A DNA stretch of 60,362 nucleotides, counting the filler, from Sphacelaria rigidula (taxonomy: Eukaryota), in the NCBI GenBank assembly GCA_964200075.2. It is 7 parts of 7 records of this genome, joined end to end, with 100 filler letters (N's around TTAATTAATTAA, not from the genome) between each part and the next. Parts side by side here need not be neighbours in the genome. Positions count along the whole stretch, not along the records: positions 43,191 to 51,727 come from CAXNAA020010859.1; positions 51,828 to 60,362 come from CAXNAA020010860.1; 5 more parts are not named here. One strand, 5' to 3'. The notes below the pieces were generated by a model. The model ran no database searches, was not told the DNA's origin, and saw nothing but the letters and a program-made list of their open reading frames with translations. The translations under genes and the position numbers were made by a program. Shown piece by piece: positions 49,896-60,362 of this stretch. Positions within the stretch are counted from its first letter, which is position 1. Each line of letters begins with the position of its first letter.

Positions 49896-51298
49896 CTGGT
49901 GGTGGGTGATGACGTTTTCCCGGGGGTCGTCGTTTCGGTTTGTTTGTTTTGTCGGACCGCAGCGGGAGGTGAGGAGGAAGGGGCGCGGGGGGGGGGGTGG
50001 CGTCAGTGGAATATTTGACTATGTGAACATGTGAAAAATGTGCGGACCTCGACTGTTCGATTGTTGGATTCTATCGTGTAGGGAAAACAAAGAAAGCACG
50101 CACTATGGCCATTTTTATGACGATGATAATAATTATGATTATAATCATAAACGATAATTTACAACAAAAGCGATAATTACGATTACTGTTTCCGCACATT
50201 AGCCTGATCTCTCGAATCGGTAGTCACATTCATAGGGCTCACCTTTCCGGTACCGTCACCACTATTCATTACATGAGAGAAGCGCCTATCGGTAGGAGCG
50301 CCTTTGGAGCGGCTTTTTATGCATGGGAGATGAAATCGAAGCAGTACAAGTTTGACAAGCGGCTGTCGCTATCTAGAGTTCCATCACATGGCCGTAGTTC
50401 GGGCGCCCTTGTTGTGACACAGGGGTATACCTGGAAATGTTTCATGAATATATTCACGTGTACCCCAACGTGACCATTTCCCCTCGCTTCCGAAAAGACC
50501 CGCACGTTACGGAAAGGGTAACAAAAACACCCAAACCAATAAATTCGTGCTGAGAGTGAAAAGACCCGATACATCAACTTGCTGCAGTGTCCGTCTTGCT
50601 GTATAACTCCATGATTCGTCTGGATTGCACACGATGCAGAACTGACCCGCGAGTGAAACGTAGTTTTGGCCCGGGGGGTGTACTCATGATCTTGCACGTT
50701 ATGGTCATATTACCATTGAACTGGGGAGGGAGTGTACTGATGATCATGCATGCAATACGAGCTGAGCCAGCCAACAATGGTTGGTTTTCTCGCTCAGGCG
50801 ACGCACGGCGCGATATCGGGAGCCGGACGCTGAAATTTTGACAGCAACTTTTTATGATCGACATGCAGAATATCACGTGAGCAGCAAATGAAAAAAGAAT
50901 AAAAACGGAAGATATGGGATTTGAAATATCTGCAAAAACAAGAAAGTGTCATTAGCCCAGGAAAAAAAGAGAATCTGCAGCTGCTCACGGGACGTACCAT
51001 TTCCTTGGGTGCAGAAGTTTGTCGTGAAATTTCAGCTCAAGAGTCGTCGAATTGGGCCGTGCGTGCGACGTTTTGCGTGACGCTGATGCACCCCACTGAT
51101 ACCCAGTGCGGGGTGATTGCTGACGTGAACCCAACGCATTATAAAAAAACGACTCCGACACGCTATCGCCCAACGATATGAGGCGCACCCCGTACTCTAT
51201 GAAGTACAATAACGTCATCGGTAATACGACGCCAATCGAACAGCGATGCAGTCCTTTGTCATCAGGTTGGTCTGCAGTTCACAGTGACACGCTTACAT

Positions 51299-51371
51299 CG
51301 GATTCATTCGGGAAACTGGGAAAGCTGTCGTGTAAACAACTTTTAGTTGCTCTTAAGCTGGTCCAGCTCGT
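51299..51371 (+). mobile_element. Helitron-like 3' end
   Basis: ...TAAGCTGGTCCAGCTCG|T; matches 34554-34626. Confidence 0.5.
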
Positions 51372-52322
51372 AGTCATTGGACCACTGACCTCGCATCCCT
51401 GCAACGCCGGGACGGAGCACGCCGGGTTTCGCCGGACTAGGCTCACGATCAATCACCAAACGCGAAGCGCCGTGATGCGTTCGGCAGGTCGCATGAAGGG
51501 TGAGCTCCTGCTAAGATTCTTCGGCCCGAAGCCTACTGATTATCTTGCATTTGGATGACAGCGTACAATGAGTTGCTTTATTTTCTCGTATCGCCACTTC
51601 CAGAGACAGTCACGGCTTATACACTGTCTCATGGGTGTCTCACCATTTACATACCACGTAGTACGATCATCCCCTTTGTGCGGAGTTGAGGTTCTCCTAC
51701 GCCGCACAACATGATCTAGCTCGACTANNNNNNNNNNNNNNNNNNNNNNNNNNNNNNNNNNNNNNNNNNNNTTAATTAATTAANNNNNNNNNNNNNNNNN
51801 NNNNNNNNNNNNNNNNNNNNNNNNNNNCGAGGTCAATGGTCTTATGACTATGGCATGCATGATCATGATTGCTCCGTCTCGAAAGGGATGCGTGGTCAAT
51901 GGTCAAACGACTAAGGCAAGCAACGCATGAGAACGTCCCCCCCAAAAGTGCATGGTTTTGGGAGGCAAAATCTTCACGTATATCGAAATGGGGAAAGCCG
52001 AACACAACGAGCAGCTGGAAATTACCATGCTTTGGTTCGTTTTAGCCATTATCGCCAATATGAGGCATTTCATGCAGCACGAGCCCAAACATCAGGCGCT
52101 GTATGGGCATTTTTTTCGTGACAATGTTTGGGCTGGTTTTGGGGGGGGGCTATCTTAGAAAGTGTCGAGCCAATGGATTAATCGAATCAACCAGCTTCCC
52201 AGTCAATACCATGAAGCGCTCTCACTATTTCGTGCAGAACTGCAATAAACTATCGTCGCGGTACAGTGTTTCGGTCGGTCATCCGTACACGCCGGCGCAC
52301 ACGCCGGGCACCGTCAAGTCAC

Positions 52323-52471
52323 CTGTCGATCATCGCCGACCACGAGTCTGAGAAATTGGGTTTTCCGTCGACCCCTGGAGGAAAGCGGACGTTGATCAAC
52401 ACGCCGTGCACCATCGCAAACACGGATCCCAGAGGGTCAACGGACGAGGACGGTTCAGCCTCGGCGGCCTC
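52323..52471 (-). CDS. Exon, probably of the vWA-domain gene
   Basis: ATGCAG|EAAEAEPSSSVDPLGSVFAMVHGVLINVRFPPGVDGKPNFSDSWSAMID|GTGACT; phase 0 start matches the upstream exon. Confidence 0.75.
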
Positions 52472-53176
52472 CTGCATTTTGATGTACAATACACGGGAAT
52501 GCCGAAAAGCACGGATAATTAATATGCGGATTAGCGAAAAGGAGACGAACTTCGCTATAATAGCTACTGTCGTGAAGAACAAAACGGGAGCAGGGAACTA
52601 ACGCAGCCAGCCGAAAAGGGATAGCGTATATCGCGGGGATGTTGGCAGGGCACAGGGCACTCATTTGCTATGCGCGAGAACGCACGCGGCACATTCAAGT
52701 CAGCCAGTACCCAAACTCGTGGAGTGTCGTGCGGTATAGGGGAGATGCGCCACTAGAGTGCTAGCGCAGGCGGACTTTTGTTGTACAGCTCCTCGTGTGC
52801 AGCTATCAGGGGGTTTTCGGTCCTGAGCCCGGCTGATGTAACGTCCTCTGCAACCAAAATTCTCACTCAAGTAGGTGCCATATTTGGCCATATAGATATT
52901 CCCCCCGAAAATAGCACCTATCCGAATAAGTGACCTAGTCCGCAGGAGACGTAGGTGTTACTTGTAGAGGGGACGCCTCTGCTCCCCCCCCCCCCCCTCT
53001 CTCTCACTAGTGGGTGCTTAGCACCGACTACAAGCTAGGTTGAGGACAGTAATTCAATAGTAGGAAATTTTCTCATGCAAGATGGGAGGAAAATACACGC
53101 ACGCGCGCGAAATAAAGGCGTGATTCAGATAATAGCGTCTTTGATTTTTACACGCCCATCGTCTTTGTTGTTTTCT

Positions 53177-53300
53177 CGTTTCGTTTCGTTTCGTTTCGTT
53201 TCGTTTCGTTTCGTTTCGTTTCGTTTCGTTTCGTTTCGTTTCGTTTCGTTTCGTTTCGTTTCGTTTCGTTTCGTTTCGTTTCGCTTCGCTTCGTTCTGTT
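53177..53300. repeat. (TTTCG)n microsatellite in intron
   Basis: Direct reading. Confidence 0.97.
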
Positions 53301-53329
53301 TTCGTCTTGTTTCGCTTTTTAACCCCTAC

Positions 53330-53500
53330 CTCATCGTCTTCGCCGACCCGCAACTCCTCTTCCAGGGCGGTCTCAAGTATTTCTCTCACAGTCTCCAAAG
53401 AAACAGCGTCAGCGGCTTCACGCTTTATACCTCCGACCGCCCCCGGCCGAGACGAAGTGGAGCCCCCCGCGGCAATGCTCCTCGTCATTGTATCGATGAC
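53330..53500 (-). CDS. Exon, probably of the vWA-domain gene
   Basis: ATGCAG|VIDTMTRSIAAGG...EEELRVGEDDE|GTAGGG; 171 bp, phase 0-0. Confidence 0.8.
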
Positions 53501-53904
53501 CTGCATGATACGGACCGGGTGCGATGGTCGAATTCTAATTCAGCAAAATTCACCAACCGTAAACGTTTACAGTACTCCTGTGGGATTTCCTTGGGCGCCA
53601 AACGAGAAGATGACGATGTCTCAATGAGTGCAACCGGATAACCCACAGTCAAAACGTTCAAACAGGCTTGCTCTAGCCGGTACTTCTGAATACATCAGAC
53701 TCGGCCTAATGGAATTGTGTCGCTGTTTTCGTTGGGTTTCGATAGAACTGGAACGGAGAGCGGGAAATTGATGTGAATGATGATAGGGACGACACGAGGG
53801 CAAGGCGTGCGCTCATAGTACTAGGTTCGTTGACTACGCTCTTAGTGGTGAATATGTCGCCGCCATTGATGTGTATTTCTTTTCTGTTATTTTCCTCTTC
53901 GCCA

Positions 53905-54200
53905 AGTTCGCCACCGCTTTCCTTCCTCGGGACGACTCTGTGATTGCAAGGGATCAACCCATCCTCTCTCTCACTCGGTACTGTGCACGCCTTGCATTCC
54001 AGGATCACGGACTGGGCATTGAACCATGACTATCAGCACTGTCCCGTGTCGCATCAGTTCTTGTCAAGAAAACAACATTTCTGTTTGCTACTCACTCACC
54101 TACTCCTCACAAACTTTCATCGACAGAAATATATCAGATCCTTGCTCAGAAGGAAAAAAACGAAGGCATCTGGCGGGATTCGAATCCACCTTCTTCCGCA
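53905..54200 (-). mobile_element. tRNA-derived SINE, diverged copy 4
   Basis: CCTTCCTCGGGACGACTCTGTG..GGATCAACCCATC...CACGCCTTGCATTC...TCAGCACT matches 1535-1630; B-box-like GGATTCGAATCCC on minus strand. Confidence 0.7.
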
Positions 54201-54382
54201 CGAAACACTGGAGACAATTTCATAGTTTTTGATCTAAGGGCGGCGGCATACGGCATCCAAATGGTCTAACAAAGTATGTGAACTTCGATTGCCATAGAGA
54301 CATCCATGTACTTAGGGACCTAAAAAAAGTGACAGGCTAGCTCAACTCCTGGTGGCACAAATTCATGACGGCATGTACATAC

Positions 54383-54553
54383 CTCGGGCGTCGCCTTGAT
54401 CTGCCCTCGCTGATCCTCGGGCATCGCCTCAAGAAGGGCCGGGAAGGTCTCCCGTAGTCTGGTCATAAGATTGTCGGCCACGGCTACAGGGATGTCGCTG
54501 TCCGAGGTGGTCTTGGCGAGCACGAACTTTGCGGCCGTTAGACCAAACACCAG
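54383..54553 (-). CDS. Exon, probably of the vWA-domain gene
   Basis: TTTTGCGTCAG|LVFGLTAAKFVLAK...QRGQIKATPE|GTATGT; 171 bp, phase 0-0. Confidence 0.8.
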
Positions 54554-55236
54554 CTGACGCAAAAGCGAAATCTGGAGTGCAAGACCCGGAACGCAGGCCG
54601 ATGTTTGTTGGCGTGTCTGACAGTATATGTTTAAATTTTGGGGTCGTGAGAAGCGAGACATTCACCGCAGGAATTCCGGGACACATCATAGTGCGTATGT
54701 GATCATGTATATACAATCTTTCTTGCTTCTTCACTTTGCTCTGGTCTGTTTCCCCCCTTTTCTCCCCCCCCCCCCTCTCTCTATCTCTCTCCCTCTCTTT
54801 CTTTCCCCCGTCCTCGAGTTTCCTTTTGCGACTACGTTTCCGTTTTGTTTCCCTTATGTACATCTATTTTGTGCCCAAGACTGGGTTTTTCTTGGGGATG
54901 GGTTAATGTACGTGTGCGACTATCAATCGAATCATTAAATCAGTATGTTTTGGACAGCAGAAATATCGCAGAGTAGTAACGGCAGTATTTGTGTCCGTCG
55001 GCGCGCCCGGTCGTTGACGCAACACAAACGCGCAGCACACAGCAACGCGGGAGAAATCCGCTGTGTGTACGCGCGCGTGTGAGGAGAATATATTGTAAAG
55101 CTGATTGATACCGGTGACTGCGTGTTCGAGTGCAACTTGATGCTGAAGAGATAATTGGTGGCAAGGACACAAGATATCGGTGTTCGTGTTTTAACGGCTA
55201 ACATCACGGGGCGAAGTCAATGCGTGTCACGTTCCA

Positions 55237-55237
<1 letters not shown>

Positions 55238-55333
<96 letters not shown>
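55238..55333. repeat. (GT)n microsatellite
   Basis: Direct reading. Confidence 0.98.
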
Positions 55334-55334
<1 letters not shown>

Positions 55335-55359
55335 CCGTGCGTTGCCGTGCTGCTCCAGA

Positions 55360-55745
55360 CGTTTTAGATCCACCGAAGCTCCTCTCCTGTCTGCATGGAC
55401 TCTTGACTAAGCGGCGTAACCCGTACACACTTCATCGCCATATCCAAGCGTCGTCAAGTTGTCTTCGGCTTTTTGGTTATTCCTTCAAAGCTGATATTTC
55501 ACTCCGAGATGGTGCGGCGTTAAAGCGCCAACAATAACTTGAACAGCAGGAGGAGCTGTTCTTTCAAGGTAAACCGCGCCCTAATGCATGACAAGAGCAC
55601 AATTTTCAGCTCCTGTACCTTGTTGACGTTGATGCACCTCTTCCACGCCACCTTGAACGCTGTCACCATCCTCGTCATGGCCGAATTGAATAGCTGTTCC
55701 CCGTCGCCCGCCCTGAAAAGTAGCAACACACTCAGTGAATTCCGT
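55360..55745 (-). pseudogene. Degenerate PIF/Harbinger (DDE_Tnp_4-like) transposase C-terminal fragment
   Basis: LLLFR...EQLFNSAMTRMVTAFKVAWKRCINVNKV...KIVLLSCIRARF resembles Harbinger LLTPF...ERxFN...R.VIERAFG.LK.RW...IVLACC.LHNF, with deletions. Confidence 0.55.
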
Positions 55746-56084
55746 CATTGCTGTGCTGTGTGAGGGCATGCGTATCAGATGCAAGGTGATAAGAGCAGCA
55801 ATTGCAGCCAAAGAAAGAGTACAACTATCCCGTCGTCAGAATCCTGCCATATGAGACATTCAAAGAATACACCTATATTCATCACGTAGACGTGAATCCC
55901 AGAATACCGGATGCTCACCAGCAGAAGGGGTGCGATAATCCCAAAGGATAGTAAGGGAGCCTGTGCCAGGCATAACGTACGAATTATATTTTCGGGCTAA
56001 TTTGCACTTTTAAACTCCAGCAGACATCAACTAGATGTGGTAAATTTTTGTAGGTCTTATGATGGGATTCCCACAGGCTGTCGC

Positions 56085-56420
56085 CCCGCCCCTGTGGTTT
56101 TTGGTAGAAGACAACGTGAAGCCTATACTGTGGGTCAGAAAAATGAGGGTTCGATTCCCGACATATTATGCATTTGGGCTTCTTGTAAGAAATATATGAT
56201 GATATGCGTCGATAAAAACGTGAGACCAAGAGTAACAATCAATCAGAGACAAAAAGTGACGACTTGGCGAGAGTCGACGCGATGCGACAGTGCCTATCCA
56301 ATCCAATTCGCGATACTCAACTGTAAGCCGTGGACTGGGGGGGGGGGGATTGGTTGATCCCTTGAGACCACGGACTCGTCTCAAGGAAGGGGAGAGGTTG
56401 AAAGTCCACCAAAAAATAAC
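56085..56420 (+). mobile_element. tRNA-derived SINE, diverged copy 3
   Basis: GAGGGTTCGATTCCCGA B box; GAGTCGACGCGATGCG; GGTTGATCCCTTGAGACCACGGACTCGTCTCAAGGAAGG. Confidence 0.75.
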
Positions 56421-56799
56421 ACAGGGCTTGGTGAAGTGCTCTACTTTAGAGGACAGGAGGGGGATGGGCCCTCCTTCCGCCTTTGCCCCCCCCCTGCCCT
56501 GGTGTGGCAATTGAGTTATATAAAATTAATTGTGGCTGAACTACTTTTGGCCCTCGGACGTTCTCAAAGCGCTTTGCGAGGCAATCGTCATTTTTTTGTT
56601 CAGGACAAGGAGAGCAAAACCACCTGTCCATCTGTGTGTCAAATGTTGCGAACTACGATCCCCGTCTTTTTGTGATGCTCAGAAAGAACTTTGCCGATCG
56701 AGTTACGACCATCTGTGCATGCGTAGTTCATGCATCACGTTTGGTAGACAATGTATTGGGAAAAGGGTAAAAACACGAGATTTTACTAATTGGGAATGT

Positions 56800-57160
56800 A
56801 TGCTTTATTGAGGATGAGAACCCGGAGAATCAAAATCTTCGTATCCACACCAAATGTTTGAAATATAGTTCCACTCCTTCACCTACTGGTAGCTATTGAC
56901 AACTACTACATGCCATAAAATTTTGGATCCTGATAACCGACATGTTGGGGTCCTAGGTGAAGAAACAATTATGAGGAATATAGATGATCCGATCAGATCG
57001 CCGAAATTCCCCAGAATTTGTTCTTCACCTTGGACCCCAACATTTCGGTTATCAATAACTACCAGCACGCGAGGAATTGCATATTTCGAAGATTTTGTGT
57101 GAAAACGAAAATTTTAATTCCCCGGGTTTCTCATCCTCAATAAAAACTCCATCCCCAATT
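56800..57160. mobile_element. Foldback element, sibling of 31640-32065
   Basis: TTATTGAGGATGAGAACCCGG...CCGGGTTTCTCATCCTCAATAA; shared core. Confidence 0.8.
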
Positions 57161-57439
57161 TGTAAAATCCCGTGTGTAAAGGTGACCATGAGTTATGTAT
57201 GCATTGCACGCCTACCTCTTGCTACATACTGGTGGTGGTACGTATCTCTTGCAGGTATGACCGCCCTGAGAAAATATACAACGCAATCATCGCCTCATCA
57301 CCAGCAACATAGTTCATCTATTCGACAATTTTCTCTAAAAAGAAAGGATGGAGAGCAAAACGTCACACCCGAATACGTTTTTCGTTTTTCGATTTTTTTT
57401 TGTCTCAACGCCCAAATATCTCATGGATGGGTTACATAC

Positions 57440-57525
57440 CTCGGCCGGGGCCCCACGCCGTCGCCCTGCTGAGCTACTCGAGTCATACCGCTAGTATCGT
57501 ATATGTGCAGGCCGCCAAGCATCTC
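57440..57525 (-). CDS. Candidate exon of the vWA-domain gene
   Basis: CCCCAG|EMLGGLHIYDTSGMTRVAQQGDGVGPRP|GTATGT; phase 0 to 2. Confidence 0.6.
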
Positions 57526-57755
57526 CTGGGGGGGGGGGGCGAGGCGCGGGTAAGCTCGCGAAGTCGACGACGTTGGCTGCAGTCAAAGATTTCTTCAGCA
57601 GACACAGCCACTGTTACCACGTTTTTGTTATGCACCGCATGTCGATGCCAAACATCGTGACGCAAATGCGCCGCTACTTCAACGGAGATCCCACTGATTG
57701 CTCTGTTCACACGAACAAGAGGGGGCGGGGGCAGGGCCCGGTGCATTGTTTGTAC

Positions 57756-57899
57756 CTGGGGCGGAGCCGGGGGCAAGTCTCTCTGGCCGTTCAAATGTCC
57801 TAGCAGACGCTGCACGAAGGTGCCCATGGTGAGTGCCAGGATTTGGGCCGTGTTGAACACGGGCTCGATCACGACACCTCCTCCGCTCGTCATGGCAAT
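57756..57899 (-). CDS. Exon of the vWA-domain gene
   Basis: TAACAG|IAMTSGGGVVIEPVF...LPPAPPQ|GTACAA; 144 bp, phase 0-0. Confidence 0.8.
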
Positions 57900-58666
57900 C
57901 TGTTAATCACGCAAGCCATTCATCGTGAGGGGCGTCGGATGACGAAGTTAGAACACCCCAGGGTCGTGCGCACGGTGGCACAGCATGCTAGTATGGTGGA
58001 AATATGTGTCAGTGATGATGATACGCGAATGGCATGGAGCATTTCGAGGAGTAGTATATTGTGCACGCCGGACAAAATGAGACACGAGTACCATCATGGA
58101 GAGTATCGGACAACTTATTTTCGTCACTTCAGAGTGCAAACATCTCAGGATCAGAGTGCAGAATATATATGTAGAGCTGTATACATGGAAAAATAGTCAA
58201 GGGGATGCCACATTTGACGGAGGGGGAAATCATTTTTCGTTGCACCCTGATCCTGAGATATTTGCACACTGAAATGTCAAAAAAGCGTTTTCCGAAACTC
58301 TCTAATAGACCCGGGATTCTACAAAAAATGGCGGATTGACTGTTTTGAGGATGGGTGAGGTTACACATCACGGCCGGAGAGTGCGTGTGCACTTCCATTC
58401 CGAAAATATATCGATGATTACGAAGCTTTCCAAGGTTCATCACCACCAAAACATATACACACAATATTATGTACAATCCCGTGTTGGTGGTCACGGAGAG
58501 ATTCAGACAAAAATGAAAACGAAATACTGTCGAAAACGGGGGATATTTGGCGAGAGAAGGGCAGGGTATAATAGGGTCAAACTGATTGGGATACTTCGGA
58601 TCGATGGGGGCTGGAGAAAAATAATAGTCAAGGTTTTTCGTTCCATGTTTACACTCTGTGTCTCAC

Positions 58667-58759
58667 CTGGCCGTAGGCCTGCACGACGTGCGCCGGTTGA
58701 TTGTTGAACTTGTAGATGACCGGCACGACGATCAAGTTCTCGCCGAAGTGTGCTAATAC
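58667..58759 (-). CDS. Exon of the vWA-domain gene
   Basis: AAACAG|VLAHFGENLIVVPVIYKFNNQPAHVVQAYGQ|GTGAGA; 93 bp, phase 0-0. Confidence 0.8.
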
Positions 58760-59196
58760 CTGTTTTGGTGCTCGGACATTCCAACACAGAAGATAGCAAC
58801 AACGTGGGACAGGCCAGTGGAACGGCAATGCGGGACAAGACCGTATAAACCTAGTTGGCTTCGACCTTGCGTGACTGCACCCGGCGCTGCACATACCTAG
58901 AGGGGCAGTGTTTTCCTAAGAAAGAGGGGCTTTCGCTCTTCCACATACACGCAGCAACTGAGAAAAAACGACGCGCCAGGACGAAGAGAATTTTGGGGAT
59001 ACAAAAAAGACACCGGGCACTCAACGTTTTATGAAACCAGAATCGCGAGCTAACATTCAGGTATTATTGTTGATCTATTTTTGTTACGGACCGTAGACAG
59101 GCTGCTGCGAAGATCCACGAATTACGCATCACCCACTCACAAAACGAGTATTATAATGTTGAGAGCTTACCCCCACCCGAGCAACAAGAATCTCAC

Positions 59197-59420
59197 CGAA
59201 TCAAACAGGCGGAAGAAGTCGGTATCAGACACACCCATGTCCTCAAGATACGACTGCTCCTTGCGAGCCGTGGGAGAGCCATGTCCCGTCCGGTGATATC
59301 CAGCGTCGGTGATGAAAAATGCCACGGTGGGCATGCTACCGTCAAGCTGTGTGAGCGCGAACAGAGCAGCCTTGGCGTTTTCGTCACCGTCATCACCACA
59401 GGCGTATACCCCAGAGTTGC
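59197..59420 (-). CDS. Exon carrying vWA-domain motifs
   Basis: GDDGDENAKAALFAL...TVAFFITDAGYH resembles vWA GGGD.PEA...L...VILITDAPPH; donor TCG|GTGAGA. Confidence 0.8.
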
Positions 59421-60362
59421 CTTTTATAATCAAGATGTTGGAAGAAGCAAAATTTAGGACAGGGGGGTGGTTGAGGGTACCAATAACGCTGGAGGGGTGT
59501 CCATCTACCCTTCAACGTGCAGAAGTATCTTAGCCGTGAAGCCATGTGCCATACGGTGCGACCTATTTGCAGATGGGGTATGCAAGTAAGAGCGTACAGG
59601 TCGCGAACGCCTCCAGAACCAGATCCACGACAAGCCCAATCTCAAATCGAAATACTGCAAACACGTAACAACGGTCAGTAGCACTCTACAGCAGTTCACA
59701 GCAGGGCAGTAAAGAAAAAGGATTTTGTCGTAGGGCAAGAGACCGCACACATCGGCGGTGATGAGCTCTCTGCTCGACATTAACGAGCCAAGAGTCGTCT
59801 TGCGCTCTGAAAAATAATCAAGGTGGAATATGCACCGTTACAGGCTATTTTACATTCCACTCTGTCTGACTCTAGGGTGAAGAAAAAAAACGTTTCCCGA
59901 AAGTCTCTGTTGTGATTGAGTCGTGCTACGAGAGGGGGGGGGGGGGGGGGGGGGTCCAACCCCCCGAAAAAAAGGGCCCATGGGGGGTTGAGAGGGCCCC
60001 ACCCCCCTCCGGGTCTGCGTAACTCTGGNNNNNNNNNNACGGATGCGGGTCGGGCGGGTCTTGTGGGGGCGGGGGGGGCGGGGCGGGGGGGGGGGGGGGG
60101 GGGGGGGGGGGTTCGATTCCACGAAAAAATGGGCTCATGGGTGTGTCAGAGGACCCAACACACTCGCGGTGCGCTTGAATTTCGGTAACAGCGATGTCAT
60201 GCAGTATGAATGAGCGTTATCGATCGGAAGCAAGCGCGCTCGAACAACCGTTGCTGCTATCAACGACGATTGCAAGTGGAATTTCGTGGAAGAAAACGGC
60301 CCAAAATACCCCCCCCCCCCCCCCCATCGTAGCATGCCTCGATTATGATCATAATTGTGATC

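Noticed and set aside
50243..50430. Upstream exon for the 49288-49895 exon
   Set aside because: Good-looking donor, but the frame required by the downstream phase contains a stop.
8540..51827. Regular 8.64-kb periodicity of TTAATTAATTAA
   Set aside because: Artificial linkers between length-sorted contigs; ORFs crossing them are not real.
53054..53641. KRNET / FRFVS repeat proteins; also CV/HT repeats at 55155-55537
   Set aside because: Translations of intronic microsatellites.
59930..60160. G-rich duplicated segment and Pro-rich ORFs
   Set aside because: An error-laden near-duplicate across a 10-N gap with long G runs; likely a low-quality assembly join.

Overview
Repeat-rich eukaryotic DNA, not one locus. 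Six identical 100-bp linkers (44 N + TTAATTAATTAA + 44 N) join seven contigs of 8535-8539 bp, apparently length-sorted, so nothing can be inferred across linkers. Short GC-rich exons, long TE-filled introns and the retroelement style suggest a stramenopile, probably a brown alga (inference). Content: an internally deleted Ty1/copia relic; an internally deleted Ty3/gypsy relic with a related LTR-like repeat; a tRNA-derived SINE family (4 copies); several MITE/foldback families (8-bp-TSD palindromic, hAT-like, PIF/Harbinger-like, CACTA-like), one set nested three deep; Helitron-like 3' ends; a Harbinger transposase relic; microsatellites; a multi-exon minus-strand vWA-domain gene in the last contig; and isolated exons. 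Most ORF-track entries are spurious. I found no prokaryote-style system (CRISPR-Cas, operon). The most promising leads are the vWA gene, the SINE's conserved hairpin core, the flip-flop duplicated coiled-coil region and the MITE architectures.
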